Shown here: one piece after another, positions 44,001 to 57,029 of the stretch | Position numbering within the stretch: position 1 is the first letter of the stretch | Layout of the letters: the number at the start of each line of letters is the position of its first letter | Origin: the human T2T-CHM13v2.0 reference genome, Homo sapiens | Length of the DNA stretch: 64,000 nucleotides | Assembly: GCF_009914755.1 (NCBI RefSeq) | Contig: NC_060935.1 | Reading direction: 5' to 3' (one strand) | The notes under the pieces: model-generated | Databases searched by the model: none | Seen by the model: the letters and a program-made list of their open reading frames with translations, nothing else | What the model was told of the DNA's origin: nothing | Position numbers and translations under genes: made by a program

Positions 44001-44146
44001 CTGGCTGTCTTGGCAAGGATGGAAGAGAGCAGGGCCTGCTCATCAGTGCGAGCGGAAGGCAGGCTGTGGTAGTTGGGCTCGGCTCCATTGAGAGCTTTGG
44101 TAGGGGGGCTGCTAGGGTCCAGCAGCAGCTTCCGCTCCTCTCGGTC
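44001..44146 (-). CDS. LAMTOR1: LAMTOR1 exon 2 ([11 protein letters not shown]...ILAKTA)
   Basis: TTCTAG| acceptor, CAG|GTAAGT donor, 146 nt, acidic dileucine-like motif. Confidence 0.95.
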
Positions 44147-44870
44147 CTAGAAGTGGTCATGGGAGAGAAGTCAGCCCCAGGACCCGTAGATCCTGCCTTT
44201 CACGGGTGCTACCCTTAGCCCAGCTCTGACCTTAAACACCAAAAATGTTTCTATAAGGAATATCTAAAGTGCCCAGCTTTATGGAATGCCAGATAAGACT
44301 CAGTTCCTGCCTATCCTTGGGAGCTCAACTGAGTTGGTGTTCTAGGATAAATGAGAGTGGAACCAGGCAGTCCTAGAGGCCCTGAAAAAATGGACAGAGG
44401 CACAAAGCAGGTAGTCAGCAACAGCCCTGGAGCTTGAAAAACATTCTAGGACCTGGCAAAGAAAGGATACTAGAGGCTGGAAGACAGTGGAGCTGAGACA
44501 TAGCAAGCACTGGGATCTAAAGGGGAAATCAGTGCAAGTCAAGAGCCCAAGAACAGCCTTCCTCATCCCCTAGGACCAGGCCTTCCCCAGCAAAGCTGTT
44601 CGCTTCCAAGATGGAAGCCCTGGCGAGTCCAGACAAAGCCCTAGGCCCCAAGAGAAAGCAAGCCCAACCTCTCCATGGCCATTTCTCAAATTATGTCAGG
44701 GCAGGAATCCCAGCCCAGCTCTGGGTCACACAGTACAAGTGTGTTCCCTTCTTGAAGGCAGGTCCCTTCGAAGGTGTTCACCCTCCTGTGCTCTGGTGCT
44801 CTTTTTGTACGTGACTCCCAGAACCAAACTGAGTGTACATGGTGTATCCTGATCTGAGCAGTACAGCTGT

Positions 44871-45160
44871 AGCCATGTATGGTGATTCACACCAGTAATC
44901 CCAACACTTTGGGAGCCCAAGGCAGAAGGATTGCTTGAGTCCAGGAGTTTGAGACCAGCCTGGGCAACAAAGCAAGACCTCGTCTTTGCAAAAAAAAAAA
45001 ATTAGCTGGACTTGGTAGTGTGAGCCCTGCAGTCCCACCTACTTGGGAGGCTGAAGTGCAACGACTGTATGAACCCAGGGTTTGAGGCTGCAGTGAGCTA
45101 GGACTGTGCCACTGTACTCCAGTCTGGGCAAGAGAGCAAGACCCCATCTCAAAACAAACA
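44871..45160 (+). mobile_element. AluJ-like element in LAMTOR1 intron 1
   Basis: Diverged Alu consensus. Confidence 0.85.
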
Positions 45161-47819
45161 ACAATGGCGCTGTTCCCTCCCTTGCTAAACCACCTGAGTA
45201 GCCCATGTAAATTTTCAGCAGCCCTGTTCCTGCTGGCCTGTGCTGATAATCACAACCCCTGAACTAATGTAAGACCAAACCAAGCTTCCTCATTGGTTTG
45301 GTCTTCCTCCTTGTCCTCTTTCAGTCCCCTGTTCTATCTACTGTAATATTTCTGGATTTGACCCTGCCTTGAGACCATCAGCTGCAAATCCTTGCTTGCT
45401 GTATCAGCAGTAAATGAGAAAAACAGACCTGCTGGGTATCTATCCAACCCATAAAGAGCAAGAGTGCCCTGAACAAAGCCAAGGATGGGCCCAGGGGGAC
45501 ATCCTGGCTAATGCTGACTCACCAACCTTCAGTGCCAGACTCCTCAATGCTCCCCTCCAGGCCTATCTCAGTTCCTCAGTCTTTCCTGCTGCAGGCCGCA
45601 GCTCCCCTGCCCACAACTCCACAACTCTCCTTGTAGAGGGCTACTTCCTCCTGCCCTGCTTAGGGAGGCCCAGCCTTTTCACCTTACTCTTCTTTCTCAA
45701 GGCTAGGTTGCCCAAGTGTCCTCAGGCAATTTGATCCAGTTCCCAACAGCAAGAGACAGAAGCTGTGGGCTTTGCCCCATCACCTCTATAAACTCCCAGA
45801 CACCCTTCCTCCCTAAATACATAGGCTCAGTATTAAAGAGCTAAAAAGACAAAATGTTTGCCAAAGATAAAACTATGTATTTCTAAGGAAAGCTGGCTCC
45901 ATAATGAGGCCCAAGTTAGCTTCCTATGTGTCTGTCCTCCCAGCTCCACTTCAGACAGATCTTCCTGCAGGACAGGGTAGTCTCTTCCCTATCAGGGGTT
46001 CTTCAAGAAGAAGGTTGGCTGATCACTTCTCAGCCTTCAGCTAAGATCAAGTGAACAACAAGGTTATTTTCTTGAAACCCAGACTTAAAGAAGAGGCCAT
46101 GCTACCTACTTCAGAGCAGACAAACATCACCCCACTCCCAAAGTGCGAGTGGAGCATGGGTTAGGTTTGTCACATCAAGGTTTGTCTCTGCATTAGTGTA
46201 ACCCAAGAGGCAGGGTTTCACTGTCTACCTTAGCACAGACATAGCAGCCTGCCCGTGACTGGCCACCTGGTCTAGGGGCATGGCTGAGACAGCTTGGCCC
46301 CATGGATAAAGTACATGGCCTAGCGTCAGAACACCTGGGCACTAGCACTTCTCAGCTTGGCCAAATCACTTAGCTTCTCTGAACTTCTTCCTCACCTTTC
46401 AATAGACATAACCCACACTAATATGACGGATGTCTGGCAAGAGTCAAATTAGATAACTGTGAAGGCCCTTTGTAAACTGTAACGTGTTGTATATTTTTTA
46501 TTATGATAAAGAGACAGAGATGAGAGTCGGAGAGGGGCCTGCCCAAGAACTCAAAGAGGGACTGTGGGATGGTGGATGGTTATGGCCCTTGCTACATGAG
46601 GCCTCAAATCACCCAGCAGTGATTAAGCACCTTCTCTGGGTGTTAGGAACAGAAATGAGAGCCCCCCAAGGAGAAGGTAGAGATTCAGGAGAGCAGCAGG
46701 CCCAGCTCTCCCTTCCAAGTAGAAGCTTGTATCCTTTCTCATACGGCATTAATCCTTCTTGACTCATTCCCTGCAAGAGTCCATATTATGCTTTAAGGGA
46801 CAATTTCCCACTAGGCTACAGCTCTCCCAGTAGGCAGGGTTATTGTTGTCTCTTTCTCAAAAAGGTGGAAGTGAAGTGAGAGGTATTAGGCACAACACAT
46901 GCCTAACACAGGGCAAAGGAAATATGTGTTCATTGGGTGTATGGAGAATTGAGAACCAGAAGCCACCCTTGCTTCCCATACAAACGACATTTTCCTAGGC
47001 TTAAGCCCTTAATCCAAAATACGTTCACTGAAGAACGAACTACTTCCCAAGTACCAGTGATATAATCTATTTTTGTGACCATCTTCCCCATTAGACCGTG
47101 AGCTACCTGAAACCTTTCTACTCTCTCAGGTCTACTATATGTTCAAATGTAGAATCCGGGCTTAGAGACGATCAAAAAAGGAGAGTAGACAGCAACTTGA
47201 GACTTCATCCTTGAATGTCAGGCCAGGCAGGGCAGGGATTAGAGTGTGGGGAGAAGTGAGAATGCACTAAGAGGAAGAGGGAGAATTTAAAACTGTACAG
47301 GTCTCCCCAGCCTAACCCTTTCTCCAAAGGTATCAGATCTACAGCCAAATTCTCAGAATAGGCATGTCTCCAGCTAAAGGAACCCTCAGGCCCCAGGCAG
47401 ACTGCACTGAGGCAAGCCAAACTCAGAACCAAATGAACTTCCCGCTCCATTTCTCTTTTCCCACAATCTAGCCAAAGCTAAATCCTCTTTGTTGCTTCCC
47501 AGACAATTTCCCACATGTCCCGATGTCCTCACTGTATCGATTAAATCCTTCATTGGCCAATTCAAAGGCCACCAACTTCCAGAGTCGTCCCCTGGCCCTA
47601 GACTAGCAGCGACCTTCCTTCTGCAACCCCAGGGACTAAGACGATACACGAATTCCTGATTCATCTCAGGACAGACTAACTCAGGGCCTCAGCTTACCCA
47701 CCCCTAAAATGGATTCGCAAAGCCCACTAATACACAGAAGACACAGGAAGCTGGGGAAGGGAGTGTTTCCCGGGGACCTAGACTGAGGATCCTTGAATCT
47801 GAAAAGTTTTGAAGGTAGG

Positions 47820-48600
47820 AGCAAACGGAAGTGGTGGGAGCGAGCCGGACAGGCGGCTGCCTGCACACCCCGAGGCGGGGACTGTGTAGAAATCTGGGGC
47901 TTTAACAGGGGTAGGAGCCCGGCTTGGCGTCTCCTCTGTAATCTGTCCCCTCCAGGCCTCCGTATTCAGTGAGCCCTGCAGTCCGGCTGCCCGTCCTCCG
48001 CAGGTTTCTTTCTGGGCCCCATGCCCCAGTGTCTTAGCCCTCATTCCCGAGCCCCGCCTGCCGCGGCCGCACCTGGTCCGAGTCCTCGTTCTCGCTGCTG
48101 TAGCAGCACCCCATGGCCGGGGTCGGGCCGGGCGCTCAGGCCGCGCCGAGGAGGGACGGCGTCCGTGAGGAGCCCTTCCGGTCACATGACCCGCGGCGGC
48201 CTCCCGCAGGCAACCACCCGCCCCCACCCCCCGTACCCCCTGTCCCGGAGCCGCTTGGCCGCCTCAGTCAATACCCCGGCTTCCGGTCCCGCCCGCTAGC
48301 GCGTGATCGTTGTCAACCAATGGGAAGGCGTAACCGTACACGCAAGCACGTGATGCGGGGAAAGGGCGGGGCGGATCACATGACTTCATCTTTCCAGTCT
48401 CTAAACTGGCAGTAGTGGCCATCGTGAATTGTGTTATGCGTTCTCGTGGCCACTAGGCCACTTTTCTGGGCCATTGAGCGAACTCGTACCAAATGCCCTC
48501 GTATGCCCTTGTGATATACTCTTCTAAATGCCATGCGAGGGGCGACTGGGATCCAGGCCTGATGCTCCAGATCGTACGGTCTGGGTGCACACACACAGAT
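47820..48600. promoter_or_regulatory. LAMTOR1 CpG-island promoter
   Basis: CpG-rich. GGTCACATGACC 48180-48191, CACGTG 48347-48352, TCACATGAC 48376-48384, CCAAT 48317, GC box 48364, ETS CTTCCGG ~48175 and ~48280. Confidence 0.88.
48073..48114 (-). CDS. LAMTOR1: LAMTOR1 (p18, Ragulator anchor) exon 1 CDS, MGCCYSSENEDSDQ
   Basis: GCCATGG Kozak, MGCC myristoylation/palmitoylation motif, donor CAG|GTGCGG. Confidence 0.96.
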
Positions 48601-48629
48601 GATCCAGATGACCAGTACCTAGTCGGGGA

Positions 48630-48701
48630 ACACAGAGGGTGTATCGCCCAGCTGGGCTGGGGGTGAATACACAGAGGGTGTATTCTCCACCTGGGCTGGG
48701 G
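48630..48701. repeat. Two-copy tandem repeat, 39-bp period (ACACAGAGGGTGTAT...CTGGGCTGGGG)
   Basis: Copies start at 48630 and 48669. Confidence 0.85.
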
Positions 48702-48963
48702 ATCTGCGACTTACAGGAAGAAGGGACCTTATACTACCTTCACATGCTGACGCGCAGCGGAGATAAATCCTGGTAGAGGAGATAGAAGCCACCTCACTGA
48801 CCTCTCTGCTTTCAGGCTTTTATCTTTAATTCTGCCTTTTTTAACAGCACCCATTGTAATCGAACGCACAAAGCTGACCATCAGTTCTCTTTTCCTAACC
48901 CCCGCTCCATGTCTTCCCTTGGGCCCTGAACACAGGTCCAAGTCCGTCCAAGATTGTATAGTG

Positions 48964-49059
48964 ATCCATTTGTTGTTCATGAGCGTGTGATTGGGTGTTC
49001 ACCAGCATGTATCAAATGTGCCACCCTCAAATCTTGTTTTGGCACATTACCCGTCTGAC
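48964..49059 (+). pseudogene. U13 (SNORD13) C/D snoRNA-derived copy
   Basis: ATCCATTTGTTGTTCATGAGCGTG-TGATTGGGTGTTCA...GTGCCACCCT...GGCACATTACCCGTCTGAC aligns end to end with U13 as recalled, with substitutions and deletions. Confidence 0.88.
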
Positions 49060-49853
49060 ATAACAAGAGCCTGACACCTCTCCCACTGCATGTTCTGGGG
49101 TGAGGGGTGGAGGGGTCAGCAATGTGTTTCACTGGACATAGAGAAATAATGTAGTTTCCTGATTGATCTACTGGACTTTGTACATGCAGCCTGGTCTGCC
49201 TACTGTCTTTACTGTCTTCGAGACTCAGTACAATGTCCTCCTGATTACCTTCTCTGACTCCATTCTCTGGACATGCCCAGCTCCCTATGCTTAATCCTCA
49301 TCCAGTGTTAATTCATGCATTTATTGAATCAACAAATATTTGCTGAGCGTCTACTATGTGCCACACATTGTTATATCTGGATATGCAGCAGTTCACAAAA
49401 CAGCCAAAGTCCCTGTAGTCATGGAACATCCAATAGTGATCACACTATATTGTATTCTCTGTTCCTGGGTCAGTCTCACCTACCAAACTTGGGAGTTCCT
49501 GGAGCACAGTGACAGGTTCTGACTCTTCCCTGTAGCCCAAGGCATGGCCTTGCTTACAGAAAACTTGCATATCAATGAGCATGTTACAGTCACCCCATCA
49601 CCTTGGCTCACCCCATGCCCCATCTTCTGATCCAAAGTATTGGAGAAGTCACCAGATCTCATACCTCTTATAACCCCTCAAATCAAGACCCTGAGGTTCT
49701 GTAAATCTTTTGAGGTTCCTGAAGGGTAGGAGGCAGCTCAAGCTCGTCCCTGGGGCTGGTAACTTGAACTGCAGGTCTCAGGTGACAGCAGCAGCCTCAG
49801 CATGAATAATTGAAAGCCATTCCAGCCTCCTACCTCAGGGTTATCCCCCGCAG

Positions 49854-49902
49854 CAGGCCCTGGACTCCCCGACCTGTCCTGTGCTCTGGTCCTCCAGCCC
49901 AG
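49854..49902 (+). CDS. LRTOMT: LRTOMT read-through bridging exon (49 nt), AGPGLPDLSCALVLQPR in the TOMT frame
   Basis: CAG|CAG tandem acceptor and strong donor CAG|GTAAGC; open in both the LRRC51 and TOMT frames. Confidence 0.82.
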
Positions 49903-50751
49903 GTAAGCAGGGCCCTGGATTGTGGGTTCCCAAGCTCACCAGTTCAAGCCCACCGCATCACTCACCTATTCACACCCATCCATACACTCTTTCATTTTTA
50001 CTCCCCGCCATCACCAGGGGCCTTGCAAGAAGGCCGGCAAGGAGGTCAGATCTGGATGAGGAGGAGAATGGTCCAGGACATGGGAGGAGAGGCCCATTCC
50101 CCATAGGTCCCTGGAGAGAAGAGCTGAGTAGAGGGAAAATGTGTGCTGTGTGTTATGTGTATGTACACATTTGTGAAGGGAATTCTGAGACAGCACAGGA
50201 GAAGAGGGGAATACAGCGGAGAGGAGATGGGGCTGGAGAATTATTAAAGAATCAAAGACTCCTCCCATCCTCAGGGAAGAGCAGGCAGAGGGAGAGTCCT
50301 GGGGTGGGAAAGAGGACATCTCACTCTAACACCCTATGGGGTATTTTGATTGCATTTTACTGAGGCAGGGCACAGTGATAGTGAAGGTGTTTTTGACTGC
50401 AAATCTATGCTCTTTTGCTACACAGCAGTGGTCAGAGGAGACCAGGCAGGCAGAGGGTAGGGGTGGGGGAAGATATCCCAGAGGTGAATTAGTGAAAGGG
50501 GTCCTGAAGAAGGGGTGACTTCAAGGATAAAGAGAAACAAGTCAGGGGAACAATGTGAAGATGGGACCAGGGGTTGGGACCGGGAAGAGGTGGTTTGGGG
50601 CTGGGTGCTGAAAGTAGACAGTATAGAGTCCTTGAAAGTACACAGGCTTGGAATCACACTAACCTGGATTCAAATCCCAGTTCTGCTCTGTGACTCTGGA
50701 CAAAAGACTTAGCCTTTCTGAGCCGTGGTTTGTGAAATATAAGGATAATAA

Positions 50752-51183
<432 letters not shown>

Positions 51184-51538
51184 TGAATTGGGCAGGTTCT
51201 TGATCCTCTTTTAGGGCCTCTTTTTTTTCTCATCTGGAAATGAGGAGCTTGGACTAAGTCATTTATTCAGCAAACATTTATTGCCACCTCTTTTGTATTA
51301 GGAATGTGCTAGGTGCCAGGGAGAGGGGTAGAGGCCACAGAGATGAATGAGCCACAAATGCTGGCCTCAAAGGAACCATAATACACAGTGGAATAACCAT
51401 CTCAGCAGATAACCCATAGCTTTGTAATTATCTGTCTCCACATCTTTCCTCTCCACCATGGAGGCTTCCACATACCATTTAGGGTAGCTGTCTGCCTGGA
51501 TTTATCTCAATCCCAGCATAAGTGCTTTTAGGGTCTTA

Positions 51539-52176
<638 letters not shown>

Positions 52177-52745
52177 TCATCCAATTCCAAGATCAGAAAT
52201 ACATTTGATGAGCAATAAAAGGGGAATGAAACTACAAATTCTAACAGAGACCTTTCATAAATCTGAAAGATAGGGTGGTTGTTTCTGCCTGGGACTTCAT
52301 GGAGAAAGAGCAACATTTGAACTGAATCTGGAAGTTCTGAGTTGGCCAGGCAGATGGCGATGGGGGTGGGAAGGGCAAAGCCAGCCACATATACACATGT
52401 GGCATGAAGGAATGAGACAGCTTGATGGATTCTGGGCACAGTTGTTTGGGATGGCTGTGATACAGGCCACAGGTGGGAAGTACTGAGAGATGAACCTGGA
52501 AAGGTAGGATAGGATCAGGTCCAAGGTCCTGAATGCCAGGCTGAGAATCCCAAGTTCAATCCCAAAGGCCTTCAGCTCACAGGAGCCAAGGAGTAATAAG
52601 GTCAGATTTGTTGGAAAGATTCCAGGGCTGGTGTGAAGACTACACTGTAGGAGACGGGGACCAGGAGGGCAGCTGGGGCTATGGTACAAGAGACAGATGA
52701 GACCCCGGCTGGTTGGGAGCTGCAGTGAGGCAGGTAGGCATTTGA

Positions 52746-53123
<378 letters not shown>

Positions 53124-53419
53124 TGATGCTGGATGGTGTGTGAGCTCCTGCCCTCCTGTCCCAAGTCATCTGCACATTATTTTCTGCCGGATGACGAAAG
53201 AAACAGCTAAGAGGAAGGTCTCTGGAACCCAGCAAATTTGGGTCCAGCTCTTACTCTGCCTCTTGTTAGCTACGTGACCTTGAGCAAAGCATGCATCCTC
53301 TGAACCTTAGCTTCTTCAGAATGGAAATCACAATACTGATCCTGACTTCTTAGGTTCTGAGGTCAGAGGAAATGTGAGAACACTCATGGGAAGCTAAGCC
53401 AGGACCTGGCATGAAGTAA

Positions 53420-53815
<396 letters not shown>

Positions 53816-54496
53816 GGTCCAGGCCCAGGGGTACTTACTGATGCCCACCCCCACCCCCACCCAAGCAGGGACCTCAAAATCCCCTCCCTTTCCTGTTTGG
53901 GGCCTTGACACACGCTGGGCTCAGGGCTAGGGAGTCTCTCTTCCCACCTCTGACCTCTTTCAGCCTCTACACTGACCTCAAGTGTCAAGTTCTATCAGGC
54001 TGCTTGGTCTCACTAGGCCCCCTCTTTCCAGAGAGAACCATGGACTGACAGCAAGAAGCCTGAGCTCCCGACCCAGCTCTGTCACTGATTTGCTGAGTGA
54101 CTCCAAGGGAATCCCCACCTTGCTCTGAGATTTAATCTTCTCTCTTAACACGAAGGAAGCTGGATGGGAGAGCTCCAGGGGCCTCCCAGTTCTCGGCCTC
54201 AGAAAGCCTCCCATCCTCAGCCCATGCCATTCTGGGTGGGATCAGAGGAAGTGGCAATGAGTTAGACGCCCTGCAGGAATAGCTGGATGCAAGCTGGGCC
54301 AGAGAAAATGGCACAGAACCCTGGACCCAGGGCCAGGGATGCCCTGGCCTTCCCTAACTCTGGCCCACCTAGCCAATTAGGTGTGGCTGATGTCCCTTGA
54401 GTGCCCTCTTCCTAAAGCCCAAAAGAAGATGCTGGACTCCTCTGGGCCCCACCAACAAATAGGGAATAGACATGGGTGGAAAATCACTCCTTTGTC

Positions 54497-54502
54497 TTTA
54501 TT
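54497..54502 (-). terminator. ANAPC15 polyA signal AATAAA (overlaps plus-strand ATTAAA 54500-54505)
   Basis: TTTATT on the plus strand, ~270 nt past the ANAPC15 stop. Confidence 0.82.
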
Positions 54503-54770
54503 AAAGAAACTTAGACCAGACCTGGCAATCAAGGGGTGAGGTACTGGCCAGGAAGGTGGAGTAGGTTTCAGGCCCTGGGGATTTCAAGTGCAGACTGATG
54601 GCCTGGGAGGGGCCAAAGAGACCAGATCCTGGCAGCAGCTGAGGAGGTGCCCAAGGGCACTTTCAGGCACTGGGGCCATCAGCTGGTTCTGTGGGCAGGG
54701 GTTGGGGGTTGGGATGCAGGGTAGTTTGGGCTGGCCTGGAATCTCCCTGAGGCCACCCTGCCTTGTCTAC

Positions 54771-54818
54771 CTAGATCATCCACTGGTCCTGATCCTGTTC
54801 GTTGCCTTCCATGTCCAC
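54771..54818 (-). CDS. ANAPC15: ANAPC15 last coding exon, VDMEGNEQDQDQWMI*; total 366 nt, 121 aa
   Basis: CTCCAG| acceptor and in-frame TAG. Confidence 0.94.
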   Translation of the reverse strand: MDMEGNEQDQDQWMI

Positions 54819-54929
54819 CTGGAGAGGAGGCTGGGTGTGGGTGGGGAGGGGCCTCAGCCAGCCTCAGCCCCAGATCCTGCCCCTGGCTGGATCCAGGGTT
54901 TCTGTACCCCTTGGCCATCAACTGGGTCA

Positions 54930-55193
<264 letters not shown>

Positions 55194-55433
55194 CTAGGGC
55201 CAATGAATGACCCCCTACCCCGACACTCCCTCCTTGAGTCTAGCAGGCTGGTGCATGTTCTGCAGGACCTTAATGCTAGGCCCAATGCCCACCCCTTCTA
55301 TCTCCCCTTTTAGGCTTTTACCCAGATCTGAGAACCACAACTGCTCTGGGTCAGAGACAGGACATTCAGAATTAGAGCAGAGCCTCGGTCCACTGCGGCC
55401 CCCACACAGGCCCCACCTGCTAGAGCCACTCAC

Positions 55434-55493
55434 CTCTGAGGCTGGCTTGCCAATAGGAACCAGGTTGTTGTCTTTCTCCGCGATGCTTTGGAG
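55434..55493 (-). CDS. ANAPC15: ANAPC15 coding exon 2, LQSIAEKDNNLVPIGKPASE
   Basis: CCACAG| acceptor, GAG|GTGAGT donor, 60 nt. Confidence 0.95.
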
Positions 55494-56046
55494 CTGTGGG
55501 CAAAGGCACAGAGGAACAAGGCCAGAGCCCAAGTAGGGCAGGTCAGGGGCATGGGACTGGCCCATTCTGCCCAGAAGACAACCCACACGTGTTGGGGAGA
55601 AGCTTCCTCCCAGTTCTCAGGGAGATACAATCCCTTTCTTGTCATCTGCCATTTATGAACTTGATCCAAATACTTAAACTCTCTGAGCCTTCTTTTTTTT
55701 GTATAATTATGGTGAGGATGAAGTGAGAGACTTATCAGCCTAGAAAGCATCATCTGCTAGATCCTCAATTAATAGTCAAAATTATTTCCTGTGCTTTAGG
55801 GAAAAGAGCTTGGGCTGAGTGTCAGCAGCCTGGGCTCTAATCTGGCCCAGAAGTCACATGGTACCCCTGTAAAATAGGGTACCACAAGATGAGAACCTTG
55901 GCTCCCTGGCTCCCAGCCCGATTATTCCCAGCTCAGGGCAAAAAGCTCTTCCTGGGTAGATTTCTGGAGTAAGGCTGGGTCATGGCCCACTGAAGGAGGT
56001 CTCTGTCTGTGCTGAGGTCTCTGTGCTGTGCTAGCTGCTCACTCAC

Positions 56047-56166
56047 CCAGGCCTGATGCTGCTGTTCCTGCTGCTGCAGCTCTGTCTCTTCCACACAGGG
56101 TCGATCCAGATTAAACCACAGAGTCTCAGTCACACGAGGGAAGAGTGAGGGGAACAAAGTGGACAT
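56047..56166 (-). CDS. ANAPC15: ANAPC15 (APC/C subunit 15) coding exon 1, [10 protein letters not shown]...QQHQAW (exon starts ~56176)
   Basis: GCCATG start, TGG|GTGAGT donor, 120 nt; recognised APC15 N-terminus. Confidence 0.96.
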
Positions 56167-57029
56167 GGCTCCTAGACTGAGGGAAAGGGTCAAGTGAATG
56201 TGTTTTGCTTTGTTTTTGTTTTTAATTTGGTTGTAATTTGATTTAGGGATAGGGTGGAAGACAGCAGGAAAGCAGCCCCTCCCCCTAGGAATCAGACAGA
56301 CCTGGCTTTGAGTCCTGGCTCCACCACTTACTAGCTGTTTGACCTTGGCTGAGTCACTTAACCTCTCTGAGCCTCAGTGTCTTCATCTGTAAAATGGGGA
56401 TAATAACAATTATACCACTGTCAAAGTTATTCTGATAATTAAGTAAATAATGGATCAACAAAGCTGTTTGCAGGCTGTTCAAGGAGGGATGAGAATGGGA
56501 GTCAAGTGTAGGGATAGGAATCCAGAATGCAGACTGGCATTATGAAATTATACAAAATTAGAGGTAGCAGGGTTCTACTGAAACTATCCCTACCTCCTCC
56601 ACACACTAAAACCTGCTTTTTGACCCTTTATGATGGCCCATACCACACCCACCCAGTGTCAGAAATTTAGGACACTAACGACCTCTCATGAATCACAGCC
56701 AAATGTCGGGGTGGAGGGATTGTAGCATATGCAAGCAGGGTTCAGTAAGACATTCTAGGAGGCATGAATAAGTGGATAAATAAGTAGATGGAAGATTGAA
56801 TGGATGAACTAACATTATAAGGGTACAATCAGCTTTGAGCGGCTGAGGGAGCCGACCAGGAGTGCCAGATAATCTGAATTAAACTTAGGACAGGCGAACT
56901 GAGGCCCAGCGACAGGCAGAGACTGGCTTTAGGTCATACAGTGTGTCGGGGCTTAGAATTCCTCCGTGAAAGGGATGAGCAGGAGAAAATAATCGATGCC
57001 TGGTCCTGCTTTTGTCTTAATTTATCTGA

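Noticed and set aside
47778-48415. ORFs overlapping LAMTOR1 exon 1
   Set aside because: CpG-island artefacts; the real frame is the 14-codon MGCC exon.
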